A DNA stretch of 43,986 nucleotides. Origin: Tubiluchus corallicola (taxonomy: Eukaryota; Animalia; Priapulida). A program made the position numbers and the translations under genes. Below the pieces are notes generated by a model. That model worked only from the letters and a program-made list of their open reading frames with translations. It was not told where the DNA came from and made no database searches. The number at the start of each line of letters is the position of its first letter. Position 1 is the first letter of the stretch. Below, one piece after another: positions 12,265-24,640 of this stretch. The stretch covers positions 224,798 through 268,783 of the forward strand of contig JAQGDQ010000325.1 of assembly GCA_030141605.1 (NCBI GenBank), in the 5' to 3' direction.

Positions 12265-12440
12265 GCTTGTGGCGATACAGGAATCTTGTTTCATCATCAA
12301 ACCTAATCCCCTAAGAAAAGGCATTAAGACAGCAAACGTGTCCGGAACTGACTTGCCTTCACCCTTCTTACAGTGTAGTAAACAGCCAGAATCGGCACGG
12401 TATGTGAAACCGTTCAATGCAAGAAGTAAAACCATCGGTG
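12265..12440. repeat. Unclassified diverged interspersed repeat, copy 1
   Basis: Shares GCTTGTGGCGATAC and a 28/36 block, in the same order, with 40787-40992. Confidence 0.6.
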
Positions 12441-12751
12441 ACTCATTTGGTCACTGACCAGTCCAGGTATTGCTTAAATTTGGCTAATTATATCCGCTAA
12501 TTAACAAGACGCCATGGCGGTAATTCCGCCCAAGATTCTGGGCTAGCATACCAAATGTCTCTGGTTCAAATCGAGGTTCGTTCAGAATCTTATCAATATC
12601 TGTTTTTTTATTAACCCTATCCTTTTCGAAAATTTTATTGCAATTTTATAATTTCATGCAAATTTTATTTCGTACTGCTGAACTTAATGAATTAAATTAT
12701 CCCACAATTAAGAAGTAAGGAAAAATGAAGAATGGGCACAACGTTTTTTAA

Positions 12752-13396
12752 AGGAAGACAGGATGATTTTTCATACACTACCCCACTTTCAAATCCGATA
12801 AAAAGTGTACATTTTAACACAATTAATACTGCAAAAGCGTTTCTGATAATTAAATAATAGATTAAAAACTTAATTAATAGTGGACGAGCCCACCTGTTGA
12901 TGACATCACAAACTAACATAATTTTCAACAGCAAAAATATTCCACGTGTTTGTGAAAGAGAGAATTGAAGTGCAGTGCTAGTGTAAGATTTTCAGTGTGT
13001 TGTACTAAAAGTAGGCAAGTTTTAAGATAAAAATTCAAATTTCAAATTTACCGCTGTGCCCACGCATGAGCTGTCGAATGTGTGTAGTTCATCACAAACT
13101 AACACATCTGTAACTGAGAGGTACAGCACCTGTTCCCTGTGCAGTGTGTTTCCGAAATGTAGGCTATAGTGCCCGTCTAACTAGCGAATGGTGAAATGCA
13201 TGAACAACAAAGAAGTAGTGGCGCGAACGTGATATTGTGTTTGTGTGGTAATAATTCTCCAACGTAAGTCATTTTTGGAAAAATAGTATGTTAAATTTTA
13301 ATATTTAAAGAGTAGATTGTTTTGACCTACAGTTTAAAGGTCGAGTTTTGCTTTAATGTTACTGTAATAATTCTTGGAAAAATAGTATGTTACCTT
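12752..13396 (+). mobile_element. Non-autonomous DNA transposon, Kolobok-like, copy A
   Basis: TTAA|AGGAAGACAGGATGATTTTT ... AAAAATAGTATGTTACCT(T)|TTAA. Interior is colinear with 20847-21386 and, inverted, with 42499-43065. The right end is locally duplicated (~115 bp). Confidence 0.75.
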
Positions 13397-13724
13397 TTAA
13401 TATTTTAAAGTGTAGATGAGTAGATTGTTTTGGCCTACAGTTTAAAGGTGCAGTTTTGCTTTAATGTTGCGTAAATGTAACCATGAAGCAAAAAATCATC
13501 AGGTGATGATGTCCGCCTCATGGAACAGTCGAGGGAACATAATGACGCAACACTCCATTAGTTTCATCACGTGATTCTCTTGGTCTATCTTTGCCATCAA
13601 TGGCAGCTGTCAGAGTCAGGTGTCACAAGTCATTTGTATCAATTGGCTGATCAAAATTGCTCACCGGCTAGCGTGTCAGGAATATTTACACTTAACTGTC
13701 ATTATGGCCACTGCTAGTGTCAGG

Positions 13725-14310
13725 GCGAGTTTATGAGACTAGACAAAAAGGCACGGGGACAAAGTGCCACCAAGTACGGATAAAAGTAAATTCTTTATTG
13801 TCATCGCTCTTGTCGGGATGAGTTTATGGGTTTGGACAAAACGACACGGGGACAAAGTGCCACCAAGTACGGACAAATGTAAATTCTTTATTGTCATCGC
13901 TCTTGTTATGGTGAGTTTATGGGTTTGGACAAAAAGACACGGGGACAATGTGCCACCAAGTACGGACAAAAGTAAATTCTTTATTGTCATCGCTCTTGTC
14001 GGGGTGAGTTTATGGGTCTGGACAAAAAGACACGTGGACAAAGTGCCACCATTTACAAGACAATTAGCAAACATATCTTTATTTTCTCTGCTTGTTTATG
14101 AGTTGGACAAAAAGGCACGTGGACAAAGTGCCACCATCTACATGCAAAAAGCAAACGTCTCTTTATTCTCTCTGCTCGTGCCACAGAGTGAGTTTATGTG
14201 TTGGACAAAGTGCCACCATGCACAAGACAAAAGGAAAACTTCTCTTTATTTACAGTGATCGCGTCAAGGTGGGTCCAACAAAAAGACACCTAGACAAAGT
14301 GCCAAAAAAG
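13725..14310. repeat. 93-bp tandem repeat, ~3.5 good copies plus degenerate ones
   Basis: Recurrent GGACAAAAAG(G/A)CACG(G/T)GGACAAAGTGCCACC; 31-aa periodicity in the ORF track. Confidence 0.9.
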
Positions 14311-14499
14311 CGTCACCTCGTCAAGTGCAAATGCACACACGTCGACAATACTTTATCGTTTAAAGGCAAAAGGCACCTAAAGGCAAGCTTACACTTCATA
14401 CGGCCAAAAACGAAGTGTGAACTGAGGATTACCTCGTACTACTGTACATCTACAGCACACACTTCGTCAAGGAAAATCATTCTGTAATTATTATCGCAA

Positions 14500-14822
14500 T
14501 CCAATATGCCTTTTCACAGTTTCGTTGTGCACATGCGCAATTGCTGTGAGTCAAAGGTTAAGTGCGCCACAGCAACGCGTCTTAAACGCAAACGCCGCGT
14601 GGGTTGCGTGTAAGCAAAGCCGTCTGCCACATCAGTTCAAAAACTTCAATTGTTTTACGTGGGCTTTACTTAATTATGCATTAGTCTGTGCGTAGAGTGG
14701 TTTACTAGCAGGATCATGCTAGGAAACAAGAAAAAATGAAATAGGTAAGGTTCTAGCTAGCTGTTAAAACAGCTACTATTACAACAGCATGGGCTGTGAG
14801 GCATTGTCAAGTGTGCACAAAT
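14500..14822 (+). repeat. Dispersed ~300-bp repeat, intronic copy
   Basis: Colinear with 17365-17668, e.g. TTTACTTAATTATG(C/T)ATTAGTCTG and TTTACTAGCAGGATC...AACAAGAAAAAATGAA. Confidence 0.85.
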
Positions 14823-15562
14823 GTGCTGACTAGTACAACTAACTTCCTTTTCACGATCATCATCAATATCTGGAACTGTGAAACCCTGGAACGTAGTCAC
14901 GCAACCCCTAGTAGTTGTTTACGTCAAAGAATTTGCATTTCTGTTGTTACTACTGTCAGTCGTCATGTCACTGTGAGTGAATTACTGACAGACAAAAGGA
15001 CATACACATACAATGTGCTATCTCATATCATTCGTGTCGGCACTCGCGTGGTAGGTCGTTTCGCAGTTTATCGACTGACAGACAAAGAGCCACAAAATGC
15101 CACTTCCCAATCAGTGTCCCCGGGGACTTGCATTGCCGCTGGTCAGTGGTCATTCTAAGGCTAGTCATGTGGACAAAGTGTGCGTTGAAAATTAACGTTT
15201 CTGTCATTTAGTATGTGGTGTCAGGGCAGGAAATTTGCACAAACTGAAAAGCAAGTTTTGATGGACTGTCATTTAACAACTGAAACTACAAGAAGTTTCA
15301 ACAAATCTTAACGTCAATTATGAATAGCAATTTGAGATATCTGTTTTAATATTTTAAAATCTTTTGAATAAGAAAACACGCTAATTTTTGCAAGTCTCAT
15401 AAAGAATGGCTACAATTAGAATGTTTTTTGACTGATACTGAACGAAAATTTGTTATTGTGAACTTTGCATAATGTTGCTGTTTTCTGAAAAGTAGAAAAT
15501 TTTGACTATGAAATTCTGCTATCCCTGTCAAAGATTGTAAGTGATAATTTTATGGTCAATAA

Positions 15563-15731
<169 letters not shown>

Positions 15732-16034
15732 CAAAAGCGCTAGAGTTATTGTAGAGAAAACTGCCTTGTTACACTACTAAAACGATTTATTACGACTGTC
15801 TTGCCCGTGTTACATTACGTCCACATTCGGAACATTTCTAACCATTATCTGACAATTGCTCAGAGTACCTGAGCGATTATAAATTAAGTTAATCTAAACT
15901 AGAGATTAAACCGTCTCAGTGTGAATAAGTAACGTGCTGTGTGAGCTCTTTGCGAATTGTGTATAGACATAAAGTTAGCATAATACTAATGTCATTCTTA
16001 AGATATTACATAGACGTTTGAGTAACTTTCTCAC

Positions 16035-16802
16035 CTTCCGTTTGGAGCGCTCCAGTCGCTGATCTCGCAGGTTTTCTGCCTCGCCTGGTACCTTTTTACC
16101 CCACAGATTGTAGGAGATGGCGGTATACGCTGCAGTCAAAACTAACAGAGGTAGAAAATACTGAAGTGCTGTTAGCGCCCAACTGTATCTGTACTTATCC
16201 GTGATATCCGGCCATTGTTCGACGCACCGCGCACGTTCGACGCCATCTTTAAACTTTTGGTTTTGAGTTCGAGATTTGACGGCGATCGGAGATGGCACCA
16301 CAAGCGATATCAGCCATATTAACGCTATCACCAGTTTTGCTTGTATTTCCGTCATCCGAGGTCGAAGTGGAAAAATAATGGCGACAAAACGGTCGCAAGA
16401 TATCGCCACCATCGTGTACGAACTGACGAATACGGACACGGCTTGCACATATGTCACCACCGGGCACATGACGTCACCAAACGGCCAGTAGTTCAACAGC
16501 TGATTGGCTACAAAGTCGAATGGAATGCAGAGCATTGCCATAGCAATGTCGCTGAACGCCAAGTTGACAATGAAGTAGTTGGTGACAGTGCGCATGCGCT
16601 GATATGCCAGTATGATGTAACAAACAATGGCGTTTCCACCAATAGCAAGCACGCTGATTGTTCCGTACATGAGAATCATGATAAACTGCATGTAAGATGG
16701 AAGTTCGCTGACGTCATAAACGGGTTCGTCCGTGGAATTCACTATTGCCGCCATACTTGTTGGCACCATGCCAATGAACTGGGAAACATTTTTAGCGGCC
16801 AT
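16035..16802 (-). CDS. Neuropeptide GPCR (luqin/RYamide receptor-like), coding exon 1: N-terminus and TM1-TM5
   Basis: ATG at 16802 in good context (ACAATGG). N-glycosylation sequons NVS and NST, then GNAIV, YQRMRTVTNYFIVNLAFSD, CIPFDFVANQLLNYWPFG, MCP, AISCDRF, PLRPRM, RCVEQW, QYFLPL, LWGKKVPGEAENLRD. 256 aa, ending at a GT donor. Subfamily call is from recalled motifs. Confidence 0.95.
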
Positions 16803-17364
16803 TGTGGAGTTTTTATTTTGCACAATTTTTATTTTCACTTTAAAAAGTCTTTTAATCTCTCTCGCCTCGCATCAATGAATTTTTCGCCAGTAGGTGGTGT
16901 GTCATCCGCGTAACTTCCACGGATATAAACACGTGCTGCCGTCTATGAACACCTTTTTACACTAAAACTGCAACCACCTGCTACAACCAAACCCTACACG
17001 AGCATCATGTCATGGACGTGACAAAACTTACCTCAAGTTGCCTTTTGCCCCACGTTCCTCTATCAATTGTCAGCGTTGCCCACTTTGAGGGCTTATTCAG
17101 AGCAATTCAATTTCGCTTTGAAGCCTGCGCAAGTTTACAATGTAATACGGCTAATGTAGTACCCTTTAGCTTGAAGCTGGTAATTTGTGAGTTGAAGCAG
17201 ACGCAGCCGATGATGTTGACACAAATCAGATTGACTGTAAATCGATAATGGCTTGAATAATTTCAAACGTAAGTGCCGGTGAACGTTCAGTTATTTGTAC
17301 GCCTGTAAAAAAACACAAACTTTCATTAATTAAAAAAATCATAATTACTATACTTATAATTACC

Positions 17365-17668
17365 AAATAAGCCTTTTCGTTGTTCGAACCCGCAGTTGCT
17401 GTAGGCCAAAGGCTAACTGTACCACTGCAACACGTCTTAAGTGCCACCGCCACATGTATGTGTGTAAAGCAAAGCCGTCTATCGCCTCAGTTTAGTAACT
17501 TCAGTTGATTTACACGGAGTTTACTTAATTATGTATTAGTCTGCGCGTAGAGTGATTTACTAGCAGGATCTTGCTTGGGAACAAGAAAAAATGAACTAGG
17601 TAAGTTTCTAGCTAGCTATTAAAAATGTTACTATTGCAATACCATGGCGTTGTCAAGTGTACACAAAT
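17365..17668 (+). repeat. Dispersed ~300-bp repeat, copy upstream of the GPCR start
   Basis: Colinear with 14500-14822. Confidence 0.85.
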
Positions 17669-17685
17669 CAGTTGTCTTATACACG

Positions 17686-17769
<84 letters not shown>

Positions 17770-17970
17770 ACATCAACAACAACAACAACAACAACAACGT
17801 CAACATCAACGTCACCATCACCATCATCGTCATCGTAATCGTCATCACCATCATCATCATCATCATTATCACCACCACCATCATCATCATCGTCGTTGTC
17901 GTCGTCATCGCCATCGTCATCGTCATCATCATCAACATCACATTATCATCATCACCATCATCATCATCGT
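17686..17970. repeat. (CAT)n/(CAA)n compound microsatellite
   Basis: Direct inspection. Confidence 0.96.
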
Positions 17971-18469
17971 AGCACAAATGAGAAACAAACAACAGCAGAA
18001 CGAAATTAATTGTTTTAGAATAAGTAGCATATTCACACTGAAGACGTTCACTCGATGTCCAGTGTCCATCTACACGCAGTTCGTAACCCGAATTCTGGTG
18101 ACAAGCTATGGGTCCAACGTAAGCAATCTTATCAAACATGGCGATTGGGAAATTTTAACCTAAGAATATGAATAATGCAGAAACTTTGGACAAGTGATGA
18201 TCATAATCCAGACGGAAATTGCAGAGAAACGCTGTGTGAATAAAACAGAAACACTTTAATATCTCATATAACTGAAAAGCAATTATGGTTTCGTGTTACT
18301 AGTTCTCTCTGCTTGATGCAAAATATTAGAAAAGTTTCGTTTTGAATGTCACGCGTTACAATCAGGAATGATTTCCAAGACAAATTTGGAATCTGGATGT
18401 TTGAGGGTGACATTTCTGCATCTAATTTCCGTTTTTGTTTTTTACTCTGTTTGTTTTTTATACACGCTT

Positions 18470-19182
18470 TTGTTTCCTCCTCTCTATTCGTCTTCTCTTC
18501 TCACCCTCTTTCCACTCTCACTTCTCCGATTCTGATTCTCATCTCCTCTAATCTCCTCTCTTCTCACCCGTCACACCGCTCCGTTCTCTTCTCTTTCTTC
18601 TATTTTCATCTCCTCTCCCTTTCTTTCTCTATCCTTCTCTCTTTTCCGTTCTCCCACCTCTTTCTTTTCGTCCCCTTCTCAGTCCCATTCCTTTTATCCT
18701 GTTTATCCATCTTTTTCTCTCTTCTCTCCTCTTCTATCTTCCTCTCTCTCCTCCTCTCCCTATCCCTCTCTTTCTCTCTCTTTCTCATTCTTGCACGTAT
18801 CTCTTTTCCTCCCCCTCTCTCTCCCCATTTTCCCTCTCTCCTCTCCTTCCATATCTTTCTCGCTCTCTCCCTCTCCCTTCTTCCCCCTCGTTCTCTTTCT
18901 CTCTCTCTCGTTCTCTCTGTTTTCTCTCTTTCTATTTCTCTCTCTCCCTTCCCCTCTCTCCACTCTCGCATTCTCTCTCTCTCCCTTCCTCTCTCATTCT
19001 CATTCTCTTTCTCTCCCCTTCCCCCCTCTCTGCCTCTCTCTTTTTCTCTCTTTCTCACACACGCTCTTTCTTTCTCTTTCTCTCATCTCTCTCTTTTTCT
19101 CCCCTCACTCTGTTTCTTCTCTCCTCTCCCTCTATCATTGTCTCTCTCACACTCTCTCCCAACTGCCTCTCTTTTCTACTCT
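18470..19182. repeat. Degenerate CT-rich polypyrimidine tract
   Basis: About 700 bp that are almost entirely C/T. Confidence 0.92.
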
Positions 19183-19679
19183 ACAACGTTTGTTTAACTC
19201 TCACCAATTTTGCAATTCTCAATAAAACAGCAATAAAAATGGCTGCCCTATAAATACTGAGACTTAAGCCTAATTCACGTCGCACGTAAAACAACTGAAA
19301 AACTTTGTATGGGGAGTAAAAATTGCCAAATCGCCTCTGCTGGATTTTTCCCATGAAATGTATAAATTTATGCCTGTCAGCAACGTAAAATATTCGCATT
19401 CTTGAGCGTAATGAAGATTTATTTAACGGCTGTAAGTAGTAAACGGCTGCGGCTTGTGTATGTGCACATTACGCAATGCGCATGCGTGACGCGCATGCGC
19501 AGTGTCTGTGTGAAATGGTAATGACAGCGCACCCGGGGCAGTCAAACAAACAACTAACAAAACAAACATTGCTTTGAAGTTGAATGCAAAATATTCTGAA
19601 GTGACGCCATCTTTAAACAGGGCAAGCATAACATGTCAAGAATTTTTGACAGATTTAACTACTTGTTTTAATAATGCCA

Positions 19680-19850
19680 GTGATAATGATAATGATGACG
19701 ATGATAATGATGGTGGTGATGATGATAATGATGGTGGCGGTGGTAGTGGTGATGATGATGATGGTTGTGGTGATGATGATGATGATGATGATGACGACAA
19801 CGATGACGACGATGACGATGAAGAAGAAGAAGATGATGATGATGATGACT
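19680..19850. repeat. (GAT)n/(GGT)n microsatellite
   Basis: Direct inspection. Confidence 0.94.
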
Positions 19851-20154
19851 ACAACACGGCACAACAGGGTACAGACGTTGTGAACTTGTCTCTTGTGCTT
19901 ATGATTTATGCCAAACTAAAAATAGCATTTTTGACATCTTGTTTACTATTAAAGCTAGTTTATTTCCTAAATCTTCAACAATTTTTCAAGAGAAATTTCA
20001 TTAATGTAAAAATAATGATAATAAATGGGACCAATTTATCAACAACAATGTCGTCCATAACGATAATCTATAGCAAGAATTAATATTCAGTCAACTTCAT
20101 GCAAATAGCTTTGATTTTCACAATGTCCACAAGTTATTAAAGCTGCTTTAGCTT

Positions 20155-20383
20155 TTGGTACTTCTATAATGATTCAGTAGATGGCGCCCGCATCAATACT
20201 ATGAAAAAATTAGAAAGAGTATATATATAACTTGTCGATTTTAGAAATGTTCACAACTTTGTGGTGTAGAAAACGCGAAACAAGAGGTATTAAAGTTGCA
20301 TCGCTTCTGCTACTTCTATAGTGATTCAGTAGATGGAGCCTGCAGCAATATTATAAAAATATTAGAAGTAGTACGTACATAAC
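20155..20383. repeat. ~70-bp direct repeat (152-bp period) with a CTCF-like motif
   Basis: CTTCTATA(A/G)TGATTCAGTAGATGG(C/A)GCC at 20161 and 20313. Confidence 0.75.
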
Positions 20384-20846
20384 TAGGAGACTTCTCATTA
20401 CAAGAATTTGAAATTATTATAAACTGGTATCTCATTAAATATCTGATCAAATTACCAATTTTTATCGTTTTTCGTTTTTTTTTATTTTTTAATTTAGATT
20501 ACTTGGAATAAGATGCTCCATATTATTTACTAAAAAATAGCCAGTGTAGATAAAACCGCAATCAGCTAACCGACCAGACCCAGTGTTGCGTAACTTCACA
20601 ACCAAGCACACTCCGTGACTATTCAGCTATCTTCCGCTGAAATTGGTGCGCAGTTAGTAATTTATTCGTAATTTAATTATAATTACTTCAGCTTCTTGAC
20701 ATCCGGTTTATTCAATTGGATTTTTGTTAGAAACAAGCAACTCAAAAACACGCTGGGAAAATTGGTGATTTTAGGCATAAAATAATGAAATAAAAGTGCT
20801 TGTTAAATTAGCTTGATTGACACAGAGAGTTATTAGAAAACTTTAA

Positions 20847-21386
20847 AAAAGACACGATTATTTTTCACATACTACCCCATTTTCAAGACTGATAAAAAGT
20901 TTACATTTTAACGAAATTAATACTGCAAAAGCGGATAACTAAATAATAGATTAAAAACTTAATTAACAACGGGAGACCACAACGCTTGATGGCATCACAA
21001 ACTAACATAATTTTCAACAGCAAAAATCTTCCACAAGCGTGTTGCACGTGTTTGCGACAGTGAAACTTGAAGTACAGTGCTACTAGTGTTCTGTACTAAA
21101 ACTAGGCAAGTTTTAAGATAAAAATTCAAATTTCAAATTTACCGCCGCACTCACGCAAGCGCTATCGAACGTGTGCAGTTCGTCAGAAACTAACACATCT
21201 GAACTGAGAGGTACATGACCTATTTTTGTGCAGTGCGTTTCCGAAATGCAGGCGCTAGTGCCCGTCTAAGTAGAGAATGACAAAATGCATTTAACAGCAA
21301 AAACCTAGCGGCGTGAACGTGAAATTGTGTTAGTGAGGTAATAATTCTTTTACGTAAGTCATTCTTTAAAAAATAGTATGTTTCCT
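20847..21386 (+). mobile_element. Kolobok-like non-autonomous element, copy B
   Basis: Shares long identical runs with copy A, e.g. TAGGCAAGTTTTAAGATAAAAATTCAAATTTCAAATTTACCGC and AACTGAGAGGTACA. Confidence 0.78.
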
Positions 21387-21839
21387 TTCAAAATTTTAAA
21401 TAATTGGTTGTTTTTACCAACAGTTTAACTTTGGATCCGGTTGTGCTTAACTTTGGAGTTGGAAAGCATAGGCAATCCTAAATTCACCTGCACTCGCCTA
21501 TCCATGAACTATCGGAAACTGGCGATGCTTAACTTTGAGAACTGTATTAAACAACACACGGAGCACTTTGGTGATTGATTTAAAACTGTGTCTTTGGCGT
21601 TTCTGTGCCATAAATGCAGAAAAACTACTGACAGAAACTTTGAATAATCAAAAAACTCTTTGATTATCATTGTATGGGCTGACGCACAAAGTGCCAATGT
21701 TTTGATTACGACAGAATTGCTCGAAAATTAACCGCGTTGGTCCAACTATTTTAGGTTTTTCTCTGCAAACTAACGAAGACGTGTCTTCCATCAGATGACA
21801 CAGTTTCTCACTTCTTTCAGGAGTATTTGGTCTCACGGG

Positions 21840-22396
21840 ATCTATGACCATATCACGTTGAAAACACCGGTTCTCGTCTGATCAGCGTAGTTAAGCAACG
21901 TAGAGCCTGGTTAGTACTTGGATGGGTTGCCGTCTAGGAATACAGGTGCTGTAGGCCTGCGGGATGCCCACACTGTATCTCGAGACTAGGCGGTGGAGCT
22001 GCAAAGCAGCCAACGGTTAGAGGGCGGAGGTGGTCAAGTGACCCAACGGACGTGTGTAGAGGAGTAAACCTTCCAAATCAGGAGTGGAGCTCCAAAGGCG
22101 GACCAGTGCAGCATGCTCACTGATTCCGGCAGCTCCTGCAGCCAACCTGGCGCCAAACGTATCGTTCCGCTTTCCTTTGGACTACACCAGGGAGGAATAG
22201 AGGGGGTTCCTGTTGTCTGGGCAACTCAGGATCTCCATACACCTTGCCCAGGCGTGCGCCCTGGAGAGGCCACTCCAGTGGTTCAAGGATCGGATTGCTC
22301 AGCCACAGTCGACGCTGCAGCTCCATCAATGTGATCAATAACTGACTCTCTTGGCGCACACTCCATTGTCTTCCGAGACAGAAGGATGCCAACAAC
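21840..22396 (+). mobile_element. 5S rRNA-headed SINE (SINE3) with an RTE-derived 3' end, copy 1
   Basis: 5S-like head at 21840-21957; body shared with copy 2; SRIGLLSHSRRCSSINVINN* at 22283-22345; CAACAAC tail; perfect 11-bp TSD ATTTGGTCTCA (21825-21835 and 22397-22407). Confidence 0.9.
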
Positions 22397-23476
22397 ATTT
22401 GGTCTCAACACTCAACAATTTTTGCCTTTAGTTCCTTCTCATCAAACGACTCTGCGCAGCCATCTTACATTTTCTCTTCAAGATAATTCTAGATACCCCT
22501 AATCGATAGGGTATACCCCTAATCTAGATACCCCTAATCGAGAAAGTCCCATTTTTTCTTGACAACAAATCTTTATCGGTGTTTTATTTTCTGAGGTGAA
22601 GACCATAATGCTGCCTGATTGATTTCTTTATTGTTGTGCTGCCATCTATTGAGTACTTCATACGTCACAAAACGTGATGATAATTGGTTGACATTTTTTT
22701 AACATGCAAATATTTTTAGCCTCAACTTAAAAATCACTAAAACTATAAAATCGTAACTTAAGCAACCAAAAGCAAAGGCATTACACAATGAGGTTGCGAA
22801 ATTTCAGCTTTGTAAAACATTTAGTTCGAATGTTATTGTAGTCCAAACTTTGACTTTTTCTGCGCCAAACGATATATGCGTATACATAGTAAACTCATTT
22901 TACCAACAACTTCTTACTCAGCCCACATGCTTACAACTAACAAACGGCAAAAATGATTACGTCTTGTCTGAATTCAACACACAACCCACGAAAATTATGA
23001 CGTCGTGTCTATAATTTACAAACCGTTTGAGTGAACCGTTTCACAGTTAAAGTCTACAGTCAAATCCATCTCTTCATCCAAAGCTTGTAATTAACGCTTA
23101 AACACCGCCGCTGTAACGAGTCAGCTTAGATGTTAAGCCGCAACCAAGAATAGACTAAACGATTCCTATCCACGGATCTCCACAGCTTGGACAGTTATCG
23201 AAGCCATGTGGCCAGATCATCTCAAAAACGTTGCAACTTGGAGTTGGGAAGCCAGTGAGTACACATTTTTTACACACGTGTGGGCAGAGGAAAGACTTTT
23301 GCTAAAGTTAATGCTTAGATTAGGTTTGTACAACGAGGGTTTAGAGGCTGGGACTGTATCATTGGGGTCACTTTCCACTATGGTCAGTTTTAATGCATTG
23401 CAAAAACTTGTTACCATATATAGTGACTTTCTGAAGTTTTTTCCAGACTACATAAATGAAACAACGGTATAGGTAG

Positions 23477-23905
23477 TCATTTATTCATTCTTTCATTCAT
23501 TTCTTCGGTCGTTCTCTCAATCATTTTTTCGTTCGTTCATTCATTTATTCATTCATTCATTCATTTATTCATTCATTCATTCATTCATTCATTCATTCAT
23601 TCATTCATTCATTCATTCATTCATACATTCGTTCGTTCGTTTGTTTTTTCATTCACTCAATCATTTATTTATTCACTCATTCATTCATTTAGTGATTCGT
23701 ACATTCATTCATTCATTCATTCATTCATTCATTCATTCATTTATTCATTTGTTCCTTCGTTCGTTCGTTCGCTCATTCATTCATGCATTCACTCATTTAT
23801 TCATTCGTTTGTTCGTTCGTTTGTTCGTTAGTTTATTCATTCATTCATTTCCTCACTCATTCATTCGTTCATTCATTCATTCATTCATTCAATCATTCGT
23901 TCATG
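23477..23905. repeat. (TTCA)n/(TTCG)n microsatellite
   Basis: Direct inspection. Confidence 0.95.
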
Positions 23906-24244
23906 CACACGTAGCTACTAGAAAAACTAAAAAAATTATTGCAACACACTAAAAACTATTAAATAAACTAACATATATTAACAAAAGTAACCTCGCTTAA
24001 CGTTTACGGGCGATGAGTAAATAAAATAATTAAATTGAAAAAGAGTGATACGAATCGACAGCTATATTATAACGCTAGTCTTCATCAATCACTTAGCCTC
24101 CTACCGCCTGTCACAAATTCTGATATGACATGATTAATATTGCCTTGTGATTTCAGAGCTAGATGACATCTTCGTTATAAATTAAGAAAAATGCTCAAGG
24201 TTCTGCGCCTGCGCGGTAACATCAAAAAAGTTTATAATGACCGA

Positions 24245-24640
24245 CACACAAGAAAATTAGTTCGTTAAGGCTAGGGTTAGCGTTAGAGTTTGGATTAGGG
24301 TGAGGGGCATGGTTAGGTTTAAAGTGTGTTAGGGTCAGAGTTCTGGTTAGGGTTTGGGTCAGGAGTGAGTTAAGGCTAGGGTTAGGGTTAGGGCTAGAGT
24401 CAGAGGTTAAGGTTAGGATTAGGGTAAGGGTTAGAGTCAGAGGTTAAGGCTAGGATTAGGGGTTAAGGTTAGGATTAGGGTAAGGGTCAGAGTCAGGGGT
24501 TAAGGCTAGGATTAGGGGTTAAGGTTAGGATTAGGGTAAGGGTCAGAATCAGGGGTTAAGGTTAGGATTAGGGTAAGGGTTAGAGTCAGAGGTTAAGATT
24601 AGGATTAGGGTAAGGGTTAGGGTATTTAAATTGTGTGGGA
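24245..24640 (+). repeat. Interspersed element with a degenerate TTAGGG-like tract, copy 1
   Basis: CACACAAGAAAATTAGTTCGTTAAG-[TTAGGG/TTAGGA/TCAGAG]n-GGGTATTTAAATTGTGTGGGA. Confidence 0.8.

Noticed and set aside
12511-12590. tRNA gene (GGTTCAAATC B-box-like)
   Set aside because: No cloverleaf or convincing A box; at most a decayed SINE head.
16803-16838. ORF-track start of the GPCR at 16838
   Set aside because: That codon is GTG; the first in-frame ATG is at 16802.
16341-16913. 190-aa plus-strand ORF
   Set aside because: Antisense shadow of the GPCR exon with no recognisable motif.
24268-24622. True telomere or chromosome fusion site
   Set aside because: Degenerate, single orientation, and bounded by flanks shared with a second copy.
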